Source of the DNA: Candidatus Latescibacterota bacterium
GTDB lineage: Bacteria > Latescibacterota > UBA2968 > UBA8231
Assembly (NCBI GenBank): GCA_965215195.1
Contig: CBDCDC010000002.1
Coordinates: 1,408,001-1,472,000, forward strand
Length of the DNA: 64,000 nucleotides
Direction: 5' to 3'
Below the pieces are notes generated by a model. That model had not been told where the DNA came from and made no database searches. It was given only the letters and a program-made list of their open reading frames with translations. The position numbers were made by a program, and so were the translations under genes. Shown here one piece after another: positions 50,102-58,609 of this stretch (the stretch's first letter is position 1; every line of letters starts with the position of its first letter).

Positions 50102-50248
50102 CGAACCTGCTTTCCTCTTTCAAATTGGATCCGTCTTGGCTAGACAGGATTAGGCCGGCCAAAAACTTGATTCGCTTAGGTCTGTTCAGTACTATAACTA
50201 CTCAAAGGGGTCAAGTCATGTTCGCAGCCCTAAATGGAGGAGCTATCT

Positions 50249-50350
50249 GTGCCCACGCGTTTTACAGCCGTAATAACCAAGAGCGAAGATTTGCCTTTAT
50301 TTGTCGCCCGTTGTCCCCAAGTAGGCACGGTTAGCCAAGGAAAGACTGAA
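50249..50350 (+). pseudogene. HicB-like N-terminal stub
   Basis: SD GGAGGAG; RFTAVITK...FVARCPQVGTVSQGKT then runs into the antisense of the next gene. Confidence 0.6.
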
Positions 50351-51485
50351 CCCCAGCCAACGCCTGTGCAAAGTCGGCGCACAAATCTTCGGCGGCCTCA
50401 ATGCCGCACGCCACTCGCACCAAGCCGTCAGTTATGCCCATGGCCGCCCGCTCCTGTCGACTCAAGCCGCTGTGCGACGTGGTGACTGGTCGAGTAATCA
50501 GGGTCTCGACCCCGCCCAGACTCGGGGCCGAAGCTGGTAGAACCAGCTTGGACAGCAATCGCTCGGCAGCCTCTACGCCCCCGTGCAGCTCAAAGCTCAA
50601 CACCCCGCCGGCCCCGGTAAACAGCCGCTGCGCCCGCTCGTATTGCGGATGGCTTTCCAGCCCCGGGTAGTTCACGCACGCCACTTGCGCCTGCTCGGCC
50701 AAAAAGCGCGCCAGCCGCCAGCCGTTCTCGTCGTGCTGACGCATTCTCAGCGACAAGGTCTTCAAGCCCCGTTGCAGCAAAAAGCAGGCGTGGGCATCCA
50801 GCGACCCACCGAGGTGATTGAGCTTGTGCGTAATGGCACTGATGCGGGCAGCCGAGCCGACGACCACCCCTGCGACGAGATCCGAATGGCCGTTGAGGTA
50901 CTTGGTCGCGCTGTGCAGCTCTAGGTCAAACCCGATCTCCAGCGGGCGGAAGTTGCACGGCGACGCAAAGGTATTGTCGATCAGGGACACTAGCCCATGC
51001 TCGCGGGCAAACGCCACTACCGCCTCTAAATCTGCCACCTCTAACAGCGGGTTGGTCATGGTCTCCACGTAGATCGCCCGCGTCTCGGGCCGGACCTTGG
51101 CCGCCCACGTCTCGGGCGCGTTGCCGGCGATAAAGTCGCAGCGCAGCCCTAAGCCCGGCGCATCCTGCGTCACAAAGCTGTGCGTGCCCCCGTAGAGACA
51201 GTCTTGGATCAGCAGGTGATCGCCGCTGTTGAGCACAGTCAGCAAGGCGGTGGTGATCGCCGCCATCCCCGAGCCGGTGACCAAGGCGTCCTCGCCGCCG
51301 CAGACAGCGGCTAGTTTGGCGTGCAAGGCGCGGTGATTGGGCGTGTTGTTGAGGCGGAGATAGCGGATATCGTCGTAGGACTGCTCGTCTTGCGAGACAA
51401 AAGTCGAGCTCTGGAAGATCGGCAGCACTACCGCGCCGTCAATGCGCTCCTCGCCGGCGTGGACGAGACGGGTCTGGATGTCCAT
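50331..51485 (-). CDS. Cys/Met metabolism PLP enzyme (cystathionine gamma-lyase/synthase family)
   Basis: PIFQSSTF, SGMAAI, LYGGT, ET.TNPL, DNTFASP, HSATKYLNGHSD, SLGGVETL. Confidence 0.92.
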   Translation of the reverse strand: MDIQTRLVHAGEERIDGAVVLPIFQSSTFVSQDEQSYDDIRYLRLNNTPNHRALHAKLAAVCGGEDALVTGSGMAAITTALLTVLNSGDHLLIQDCLYGGTHSFVTQDAPGLGLRCDFIAGNAPETWAAKVRPETRAIYVETMTNPLLEVADLEAVVAFAREHGLVSLIDNTFASPCNFRPLEIGFDLELHSATKYLNGHSDLVAGVVVGSAARISAITHKLNHLGGSLDAHACFLLQRGLKTLSLRMRQHDENGWRLARFLAEQAQVACVNYPGLESHPQYERAQRLFTGAGGVLSFELHGGVEAAERLLSKLVLPASAPSLGGVETLITRPVTTSHSGLSRQERAAMGITDGLVRVACGIEAAEDLCADFAQALAGVQSFLG

Positions 51486-51489
51486 GGAG

Positions 51490-53592
51490 TTAATGCGGGC
51501 AGCCCCTACATGGCGCAAATCGCTTTAGTAGCTGCTCGTACAGCCCGATGAAGTCCTGCCGCCCATTGTCGCGGTTGTACGCGTAACACATGGGGTTGGG
51601 ATTGATCTCGATAATGGAGAAGCCGGCCGCGCTGCGGATGAGGTCAATGGCGTAAAAACCGAGTGCATAAACTTGGGCTACCTGCGCCGTCAGCTCTTGC
51701 ATCTGGCGCAGCAGGGCCGCGTCCTCCACGCGCACGGCGCGCCCGGTGGGCTGGTGCAGCGGATTGAGATCCCCATCGGCGTCCACGGACTCGCTCTCCT
51801 TGCGATAGGCCAGCAACAGCTCGTCGCGACTGGCGACGATCCGATACTCCGGCCCGGCCACGTATTGCTGCACCAGCGCGATGTTGTCTAAAAAGGCGCT
51901 GTTTGCAAAGAGGGCTTCGAGCCGTTGACCCAAGGAGGCAGCGTTGCGCTCCAAGAACACGCCCTGCGCCAGCGAGCTGTGACACTTCTTGACCAACAGG
52001 GGGAACTCAAACCGCGCCACTACCTCTGCGACGATTTCCGCTACGGAAGCATGCGTCTTGTAGCGGTCGAAGCGCGCGTCGGCCAGCGGGTTGAAGAGCT
52101 TGAGCGTATCCGGGACTGGCAGGCCGGCCGCGGCGAAATCCTCGTATTGGTATGCCTTGTCTTCGGCGAGCCGGGCCTCGACGTAGTCGTTGAAGGGATG
52201 CTTGTTGCGCCAGAAGCGCAAGGGCCGCCGCCCGCCCGACAGCTTGAGCCGAGTGCCGTCGTCCGAAATCCACTCGCAGACCAGGCCCCGCCGCCGGCCC
52301 GCTTCGGCCACGCACGCCAGATTCTCCAGCGCCATGTCTTCGGTGATGCCGTCGCGCTCGCCGGGCAGGGCAAAAAACTCCCGCGCCCGCGCCACTAAGT
52401 GCAGGGACCCAGCCACGCAGACTCGACCTTTGCGCCCTGCCAGCGCCAGCGCGCGCTCGAGTGCTTGGCTGCTTGCCGGCACCTGCTCGACAGCTAGTCT
52501 GTCTGGTGCGAGGTGCGCCAGCACCGCTGGTGCCAGCGCCCGCGGATGGTGCGACGAAGTCAGCAAGACCCGCCGCGCCACCGGCGCTAGCGCACGCAAA
52601 ATCCCCGCGGCATCGTGCCCCGCTCCCGCGCCCACGACCAGCACCCAGTCCTCACTCAGCCGCTGTAACTCCCCGGCCAACGCCGCGGCCGCCGCTGGAT
52701 TGTGCGCCCCGTCGAGCAAGACCCGTGGCTTCTCTTGCGCCACTTCAAAGCGCCCCGGCCAGCGATGGGCCGCCACGACTTGGTGCGCTACCTCGCCTTC
52801 TAAGCCCCGGACAAGCCCCTGCGCGGCCTCAAGGGCCAGCCGCGCATTTTCCGCGTAGGTCGCTGGACGGCCCGTTAGCTGGCCCAAGTGCCACTCCGTT
52901 CCAGCAACCTGCAACTCCACTTCCCGCATTGCACAGGTCCGCCGGAGCAGGTCCATCACCTCCGGTGCCTGCTCCGCCGTAGTAATGAGCGCACGACCCG
53001 GCCGGGCGATGTGCAGCTTGTCGGCGGCGATTTCCCCCAAGGTATTGCCCAGCAGGTCCACGTGGTCTAGGCCGATGGCCGTCAGGACGGCCCGCTCCGA
53101 GTCCCAGGCGTTAGTCGCGTCGTAGCGGCCCCCAAGCCCTACCTCAAAAACCCCAAATTCCACGCCCTGCTGTGCGAAGAGATAGGCCGCAAGCCCGGTC
53201 AGGGCCTCGAACTTGCTAAACGAACCCAATGCCTCCCGGCCAAAGTCGCGGGTGCAATCGTCGAGGTGCGACACGGCTGCGGCCCATTGCTCCTTGCCGA
53301 GAATGTGGCCGTCAATGCGGATCCGCTCGCGCTGGGTGTGCAGGTGCGGCGAAGTGTACAGCCCGGCCTTGTGCCCGTGCGCCTTTAGGATGGCGGCGAG
53401 CAAGCTGGCGACCGTTCCCTTGCCATTGGTGCCGCCGACAATGACCGAGCGAAAGCGCGTCTGCGGGCGGCCGAGGCGGGTTAGCAGGGCGCGCATCCGC
53501 GGCAGGTAATCCGCGAGTGGCCCGGGCGCTGGACGGCCGACCTCCCAGTCGGGCAGGGCGTCCAAATAGCGTTTGGCGCGAAAGTAATCCAT
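51490..53592 (-). CDS. folC: Folylpolyglutamate synthase fused to a C-terminal ATP-grasp domain
   Basis: GTNGKG, YTSPHL, EVGLGGRYDATN, DH..LG, WPGRFE, DGAHN, GSL.LV; then DK..Y, FP.LVK...S...GV, QQYV.G.EYR, AIDL, IIEINPNP. Confidence 0.85.
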   Translation of the reverse strand: MDYFRAKRYLDALPDWEVGRPAPGPLADYLPRMRALLTRLGRPQTRFRSVIVGGTNGKGTVASLLAAILKAHGHKAGLYTSPHLHTQRERIRIDGHILGKEQWAAAVSHLDDCTRDFGREALGSFSKFEALTGLAAYLFAQQGVEFGVFEVGLGGRYDATNAWDSERAVLTAIGLDHVDLLGNTLGEIAADKLHIARPGRALITTAEQAPEVMDLLRRTCAMREVELQVAGTEWHLGQLTGRPATYAENARLALEAAQGLVRGLEGEVAHQVVAAHRWPGRFEVAQEKPRVLLDGAHNPAAAAALAGELQRLSEDWVLVVGAGAGHDAAGILRALAPVARRVLLTSSHHPRALAPAVLAHLAPDRLAVEQVPASSQALERALALAGRKGRVCVAGSLHLVARAREFFALPGERDGITEDMALENLACVAEAGRRRGLVCEWISDDGTRLKLSGGRRPLRFWRNKHPFNDYVEARLAEDKAYQYEDFAAAGLPVPDTLKLFNPLADARFDRYKTHASVAEIVAEVVARFEFPLLVKKCHSSLAQGVFLERNAASLGQRLEALFANSAFLDNIALVQQYVAGPEYRIVASRDELLLAYRKESESVDADGDLNPLHQPTGRAVRVEDAALLRQMQELTAQVAQVYALGFYAIDLIRSAAGFSIIEINPNPMCYAYNRDNGRQDFIGLYEQLLKRFAPCRGCPH

Positions 53593-53610
53593 GTATGGGG
53601 AAGGGGTGGC

Positions 53611-54660
53611 TCAACCGCCGCGGGTGTGCATCTCGCGGTGCGGATCCGCCTGTAAGGCTTCGACCGGAAAGAGTGCGCCGCGCTGCGGGTCGCGGCTGCG
53701 CTCTTCGGCACTGCGGTCCGTCCGCCGCGCCCACCCAGCGCGAATGCGCCGCACGAGCCGCTCGCGGTCGGCTCCGGCGCGCAGCAAGGGCTTCAGGTCG
53801 GTGCCTTGGTGCGCGTACAGACATGTGTACCACAGTCCGTCAGCCGTCAGCCGACTGCGGTCGCAAGCCCCGCAAAACGGCTCGGTGACCGACGCAACAA
53901 TGCCAAAGCGCGTCCCATCGCCTAGGCGGAAACGCGCTGCCGGCGCTGAGCCGCGCTCGGCCTCGGGCTCGATCGGCCCGTAGTGGGCCGTTAGCCGCGC
54001 CAGCATTTCCGCCTGCGACACGACCTTTTGCATAGACCACTGGGTTGCGCCGCCTACGTCCATGTATTCGATGAAGCGAACTTCGGCCCCTAGCGCGCGC
54101 CCGAATTCGAGGAGATCCACGAGTTCGTCGTCGTTGAAATCGCGCATGACGACCACGTTGAGCTTGAGCGCGTCAAAGCCAGTGGCCGCGGCCGTGCGGA
54201 TCCCCTCCAGGGCCTTGGCGTGGGTGTTGCGGCGCGTCAAGGCCGCAAAGCGCACTGGATCTAGCGAGTCCAAGCTGACGGTGATCCGCTGCAAACCAGC
54301 GGCCCGCAACGGCTCTGCCCACCGCGCCAATCGCGTGGCGTTGGTGGTCATCGCCAAGTCCTCGACGAGGGGCAGTGCGGCAAGGCGGGCGACGAGTTCG
54401 GGCAGGTTGGCGCGCAACAGGGGCTCGCCGCCGGTCAGGCGGACGCTGCGGACTCCAACTTGGCAAAAGGCATCGACCACGCGCTCGAGCTCGGAGGCGT
54501 TGAGGATGTCTTTGCTGGGCAGCCAAGTATAGTGTTCTTCGGGCATGCAGTACTGGCAGCGCAGGTCGCAGCGGTCGATTACCGACATGCGCAGCGAGGC
54601 CAACGGGCGGCCCAAAAGGTCGCGCACCAACTCGGTTTTGGCGGGTGTTTCAAGGGCCAT
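53611..54660 (-). CDS. moaA: GTP 3',8-cyclase
   Basis: CDLRCQYCMP, LTGGEPL, TTN, VSLDSL, RFIEYM, FCGACDRSRLTADG, MHTRGG C-terminus. Confidence 0.95.
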   Translation of the reverse strand: MALETPAKTELVRDLLGRPLASLRMSVIDRCDLRCQYCMPEEHYTWLPSKDILNASELERVVDAFCQVGVRSVRLTGGEPLLRANLPELVARLAALPLVEDLAMTTNATRLARWAEPLRAAGLQRITVSLDSLDPVRFAALTRRNTHAKALEGIRTAAATGFDALKLNVVVMRDFNDDELVDLLEFGRALGAEVRFIEYMDVGGATQWSMQKVVSQAEMLARLTAHYGPIEPEAERGSAPAARFRLGDGTRFGIVASVTEPFCGACDRSRLTADGLWYTCLYAHQGTDLKPLLRAGADRERLVRRIRAGWARRTDRSAEERSRDPQRGALFPVEALQADPHREMHTRGG

Positions 54661-54831
54661 ACAAAGGCATCCACAGACGGAGTTAAAGAGACTTGAGAAT
54701 ATAGAGAATCCCTAGCAGTGGGCAATGTCGAGCGAGGTTGGCGCGTTCTTGCGGTATAGAAGTCGGCGCGTGATATTAGCAGGACAACCACGAGGGTTCC
54801 GTAGGGGTCGTCCCGCAACGAGAGAGGTCTA

Positions 54832-55728
54832 ATGAGTGCCACTGCCGCGATCCAAGAGATGCTCGCCGAGCACGGGTATGTCGCCGATCGCCAAGTTGCC
54901 ATGTCTGTGTACCTCGCTCAGACCCTAGAGCGTCCCTTGCTCATCGAAGGACCGGCTGGCGTCGGCAAAACCGAGGTCGCCAAGGTCGTAGCCCGCGCCC
55001 TCGACACCGAGCTGATCCGCTTGCAGTGCTACGAAGGGCTAGACGCCCACGCCGCCCTGTACGAGTGGAACTACCAGCGCCAGCTCTTGCACATCAAGCT
55101 CGACGAGAAGAGCCAACGCCCCCTAGCCGAGCGCGAGGCCGACCTCTTCTCCGAGGACTTCCTGCTCAAGCGCCCCTTGCTGCAAGCCATCACCCAGCCC
55201 GTCCCGCCGGTGCTGCTGATCGACGAACTCGACCGGGCCGACGAGGAGTTTGAGAGCTTCCTCCTCGAAGTGCTGTCCGACTGGCAGATTACCGTGCCGG
55301 AAATCGGCACCATCCGCGCGGCCGCGCGGCCGCACGTAATCCTGACCAGCAATCGCACCCGCGAGCTTTCCGACGCCGTGCGCCGCCGCTGCTTCTACCT
55401 GTGGATCGACTACCCGGAATTTGCCAAGGAAGTGGAGATCGTGCGCGGCAAGGTCGCCGGGATCGACGTCCAGCTCGCCGAGCAGATCTGTCGCTTCATG
55501 GAAAAGATCCGCATGCAGCGCCTCGAAAAAATCCCCGGCGTCGCCGAAACCCTCGACTGGGCCAAGGCCCTCGTCGCCCTGCACCAGCACCACCTCAACC
55601 TCGAAGTCGTGGCGGACACTTTGGGCATTGTGTTCAAGGACCAACGCGACGTGGCGCAGGTTAAGCAATCGCTGGCCGAGTTCTTGGAAGGATTGGGAGT
55701 CCGCGCCAAGCTGGCTCCAGAGCGATGA
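54832..55728 (+). CDS. MoxR-family AAA ATPase (CoxD-like)
   Basis: EGPAGVGKTE, RLQCYEGLD, YEWNY, LLIDELD.ADEEFE, TSNRTRELSDA.RRRC. Confidence 0.9.
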   Translation: MSATAAIQEMLAEHGYVADRQVAMSVYLAQTLERPLLIEGPAGVGKTEVAKVVARALDTELIRLQCYEGLDAHAALYEWNYQRQLLHIKLDEKSQRPLAEREADLFSEDFLLKRPLLQAITQPVPPVLLIDELDRADEEFESFLLEVLSDWQITVPEIGTIRAAARPHVILTSNRTRELSDAVRRRCFYLWIDYPEFAKEVEIVRGKVAGIDVQLAEQICRFMEKIRMQRLEKIPGVAETLDWAKALVALHQHHLNLEVVADTLGIVFKDQRDVAQVKQSLAEFLEGLGVRAKLAPER

Positions 55729-56987
55729 ATCGCAAGATCGACGACATGGCCCTGCACGGCGCGTTGAGCGCGAATCTGGTCGGCTTCTGCCGCCTGCTGC
55801 GCGTCCAGCACTGCGGCCCGGCCTTGGGCGAGGAGCAAGACGCGCTCCGCGCCCTCGCAGCCATTGACCTGTCAGACCCGGAGGACTTTCGCCTAAGCCT
55901 GCGGACGACCTTGGCCAAGACGCCGGCCGAGCAGAAGCTCTTCGACGCGCTCTTCGACGCCTACTGGTCCATATGGGATCGCGCTGGCGAGCTGGGTCGG
56001 CCCCAGCCCGCGCCTGCGGCCCCGGCAAAGGCCAGTGCCAACCGCCCCGGCAAGAGCGCCGTGACGAGCATTCGCGACTGGCTCAAACAGGGCGAGCCGA
56101 CCCAAGAGGAGCGCGAGGCCGCTGGGTACAGCCCCATTGAAGTACATACAAAGCGCGACTTTAAGGACTTTAACGCCGAAGAGCTGGAGGAGATCGGGCG
56201 GTTGCTGCAAGCCATCGCCCGCGCACTCGCCACGCGCTTCAGCCGCCGCTATCGCCCGGTGCGCCCACCGGGTCGCCTCGACTTGCGGCGCACCCTCCGC
56301 GCCAGCCTGCGCCGCGGCGGCGAGCTGCTGGACCTTTCCTATTGCGGCCGCGCCCGCCAGAAGCCCAAGCTGGTCTTGCTGTGCGATGTCAGTAAGTCCA
56401 TGGACCTGTACAGCCGCTTCTTGATCCAGTTCATGTACGCCTTCCAAAACGCCTATCGCCGCATTGAGACGTTTGTGTTTGCGACCTCGTTACACCACGT
56501 CGCGCCCCTGCTGAGGGGCAACGACCTGAGCGCGGGGTTGGACGCGCTGGCCGCACAGGTGCCGGACTGGTCGGGCGGCACGCGCATTGGGGCCGCGCTG
56601 GCGACCTTCCTCCGCGAACGCGCCGCCCTCGTCGATCGCCAGACCGCGCTGCTGATCGTCAGCGACGGCTGGGACACCGGCGACATTGAGCTCCTCGAAG
56701 AAAGTATGCGCGCGTTGCAGCGCCGCAGCCGCTGCCTAATCTGGCTCAACCCCCTGTTGGGCAGCCCGGACTATCGGCCGGCCACGCGCGGCATGCAGGC
56801 CGCCTTGCCGTACATTGACCTCTTTGCCCCGGCCCACAATATCGACAGCCTCAAGGAGCTCGTCGGATACCTGATGACCCTGCGCGGCGCGACGGCCGCG
56901 CAGTACCTGCGCCGCCCTGAGCAGCCCCCTGCGCCGACGAGGCCTCGACCGGAGCGCAGCCGAAGGGCCGACTGGTATCAGCCGTGA
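55725..56987 (+). CDS. VWA domain protein (CoxE-like)
   Basis: DLRRTLR, LCDVSKSM..YS, WSGGTRIG, SDGWD.G, WLNPL, GM..ALP. Confidence 0.9.
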   Translation: MNRKIDDMALHGALSANLVGFCRLLRVQHCGPALGEEQDALRALAAIDLSDPEDFRLSLRTTLAKTPAEQKLFDALFDAYWSIWDRAGELGRPQPAPAAPAKASANRPGKSAVTSIRDWLKQGEPTQEEREAAGYSPIEVHTKRDFKDFNAEELEEIGRLLQAIARALATRFSRRYRPVRPPGRLDLRRTLRASLRRGGELLDLSYCGRARQKPKLVLLCDVSKSMDLYSRFLIQFMYAFQNAYRRIETFVFATSLHHVAPLLRGNDLSAGLDALAAQVPDWSGGTRIGAALATFLRERAALVDRQTALLIVSDGWDTGDIELLEESMRALQRRSRCLIWLNPLLGSPDYRPATRGMQAALPYIDLFAPAHNIDSLKELVGYLMTLRGATAAQYLRRPEQPPAPTRPRPERSRRADWYQP

Positions 56988-58129
56988 AAGACTTGCAAAC
57001 GATCCTCGGCCGCGCCCGCGTACTCGACGAGGCGGGTGTGCCCTATGTCTTGGCCACTGTGGTCCAGACCTCCGGCTCGGTCTATCGCGGCCCGGGCACC
57101 CGCATGCTCATCGAAGCCGACCTCCAGAGCTTGGGCACCATCAGCGGCGGCTGTCTCGAAGGCGATGTGCGCGAAAACGCGCAAGCCGTCTTTGCCGACG
57201 GCCAGCCGCGCCTCCTCCACTACGACGCCACCGCGGAAGACGACATCCTCTGGGGCACCGGTCTGGGCTGTAGCGGCACGATTGACGTGCTCTTAGAGCG
57301 CCTGCCCGACGGCCCCCTCCACTACCCAACCTTCTTGCACGGCTGCGCCTTGGAGAATCAGCACGGCGTCCTCGTCACGGTCTTTGCCACCGAGGGCGCA
57401 ACGAATGCCGCGCCGGGCCAACATCTGATCCTCGACGAGCGGGAAAACGCCCGCGACGACATCGCCGACTCGGAGCTGCGCGAGATCGCGCTCAACGCCG
57501 CTGGCGAGCTCCTCGCGACCCTCGACGACACTCCACTCCCCGTTGCCCCGGGCTGCACTCGCCACTGCGAGCTGACGCACGGCAAGGCCGCCCTTCTCAT
57601 CGAGCCTCTGCTGCCGCCCATTGCCCTGTACATCTTCGGCGCGGGGTACGACGCCGTGCCCCTCGCCCGGCTGGCCGGCGAGCTTGGCTGGCGCGTCACC
57701 GTCGCCGATCACCGGCCCGCCTACGCCCGCGCCGAGCACTTCCCTTGGGCTAGGCAAGTTCTCCTCGCCCAGCCTTTGCCCGAGGATCTTCAGTTCGACA
57801 ACCGCTCGTGCGCCGTCGTCATGAGCCACAACTACCTACAGGACCAAGCCTTGCTGCGGGGCTTGCTCAACGCTCCCCTCGCCTACTTGGGCGTCCTCGG
57901 CCCGCATCAGCGCACCCAGCGCCTGCTCGCCGATCTAAAAAAGGAAGGCATCGCACCCAGCCACGAGCAGGCCGCACACCTCTTCAGCCCCGTCGGCCTC
58001 GACATCGGTGCTGAAACGGCCGAGGAAATCGCCCTGTCCATTCTCGGCGAGATCCAAGCCGCGCTCACCGGCCGCAAGGGCGGCTCGCTCCGCGACCATC
58101 CGGGGCCGATTCACGACCGGCCGACCTGA
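56984..58129 (+). CDS. xdhC: XdhC/CoxF family molybdoenzyme maturation factor
   Basis: LATVV...GS.YR.PG, GTISGGCLE, GLGC.G, FGAG.D, MSH...D, Y.G.LG, PVGLDIG.ET.EEIALSI. Confidence 0.88.
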   Translation: MKDLQTILGRARVLDEAGVPYVLATVVQTSGSVYRGPGTRMLIEADLQSLGTISGGCLEGDVRENAQAVFADGQPRLLHYDATAEDDILWGTGLGCSGTIDVLLERLPDGPLHYPTFLHGCALENQHGVLVTVFATEGATNAAPGQHLILDERENARDDIADSELREIALNAAGELLATLDDTPLPVAPGCTRHCELTHGKAALLIEPLLPPIALYIFGAGYDAVPLARLAGELGWRVTVADHRPAYARAEHFPWARQVLLAQPLPEDLQFDNRSCAVVMSHNYLQDQALLRGLLNAPLAYLGVLGPHQRTQRLLADLKKEGIAPSHEQAAHLFSPVGLDIGAETAEEIALSILGEIQAALTGRKGGSLRDHPGPIHDRPT

Positions 58130-58310
58130 TGCGCCTGGCGACTAGGCTAACGCCAGATCCGCGAGTTCAGGGTACATCAATTCAATCTGTTGAGGTTGAA
58201 TGGCCGAATGAGCTCGTCTTCGATGTCGGATCGAGTTTCTCTAAAGGAAGGGGAATTTTGATTCTTGCGGGCGTAACCCGACGACCAACATAGAGTTAGA
58301 AGAATAATCC

Positions 58311-58339
58311 TTGTAAGTGGATCACCCCTGCCGTAGATT
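58311..58339 (+). promoter_or_regulatory. Sigma70-type promoter
   Basis: TTGTAA-N17-TAGATT followed by an AT-rich tract. Confidence 0.6.
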
Positions 58340-58345
58340 ATATAT

Positions 58346-58411
58346 AGATACTCGCCGGCAGCGTACTGTCGGCTCAAGGGCCGCTCTTCGGAGTGGCCCT
58401 TGCTTTTTTTT
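58346..58411 (+). ncRNA. Putative 65-nt two-hairpin RNA upstream of an NYN gene (candidate RNA antitoxin or attenuator)
   Basis: GCCGGCAG-CGTA-CTGTCGGC hairpin then a terminator hairpin, between promoter and NYN start. Confidence 0.45.
58375..58411 (+). terminator. Intrinsic terminator immediately upstream of the NYN start codon
   Basis: CAAGGGCCGCTC-TTCG-GAGTGGCCCTTG plus C and T8. Confidence 0.88.
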
Positions 58412-58421
58412 GGGAATATCC

Positions 58422-58586
58422 ATGCGAACCAGAGTTTATGTAGACGGCCTAAGTACACGACAGTAGGGCCTTGCCCTCGTCGAGGGCGGGACGCCCTCGA
58501 TCCCGGACTCATCGCCCATCAACGATAAGTTATTGGTGTCGTGTAGTTAGGTAGACGGCTTCAACCTGTACTACGGAATACCCTGA
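58422..58586 (+). pseudogene. NYN-domain (PIN-fold) RNase gene stub interrupted by a MITE
   Basis: Removing the MITE and one TSD gives MRTRVYVDGFNLYYGIP*, the typical NYN N-terminal motif. Confidence 0.8.
58449..58550. mobile_element. MITE copy 2 (102 bp)
   Basis: 9-bp direct repeat GTAGACGGC at 58440-58448 and 58551-58559; TIRs CTAAGTACACGACA / TGTCGTGTAGTTAG (13/14); 36-bp core identical to copy 1. Confidence 0.9.
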
Positions 58587-58609
58587 ACCAACAACGCAGG
58601 AGGAACGCA

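Noticed and set aside
54661-54831. Moco riboswitch between moaA and the coxD-like gene
   Set aside because: Could not see the conserved Moco RNA elements; looks like a plain divergent promoter region
58177-58512. 111-aa minus-strand ORF
   Set aside because: Starts inside the MITE and runs antisense through the promoter/terminator; better explained by plus-strand features
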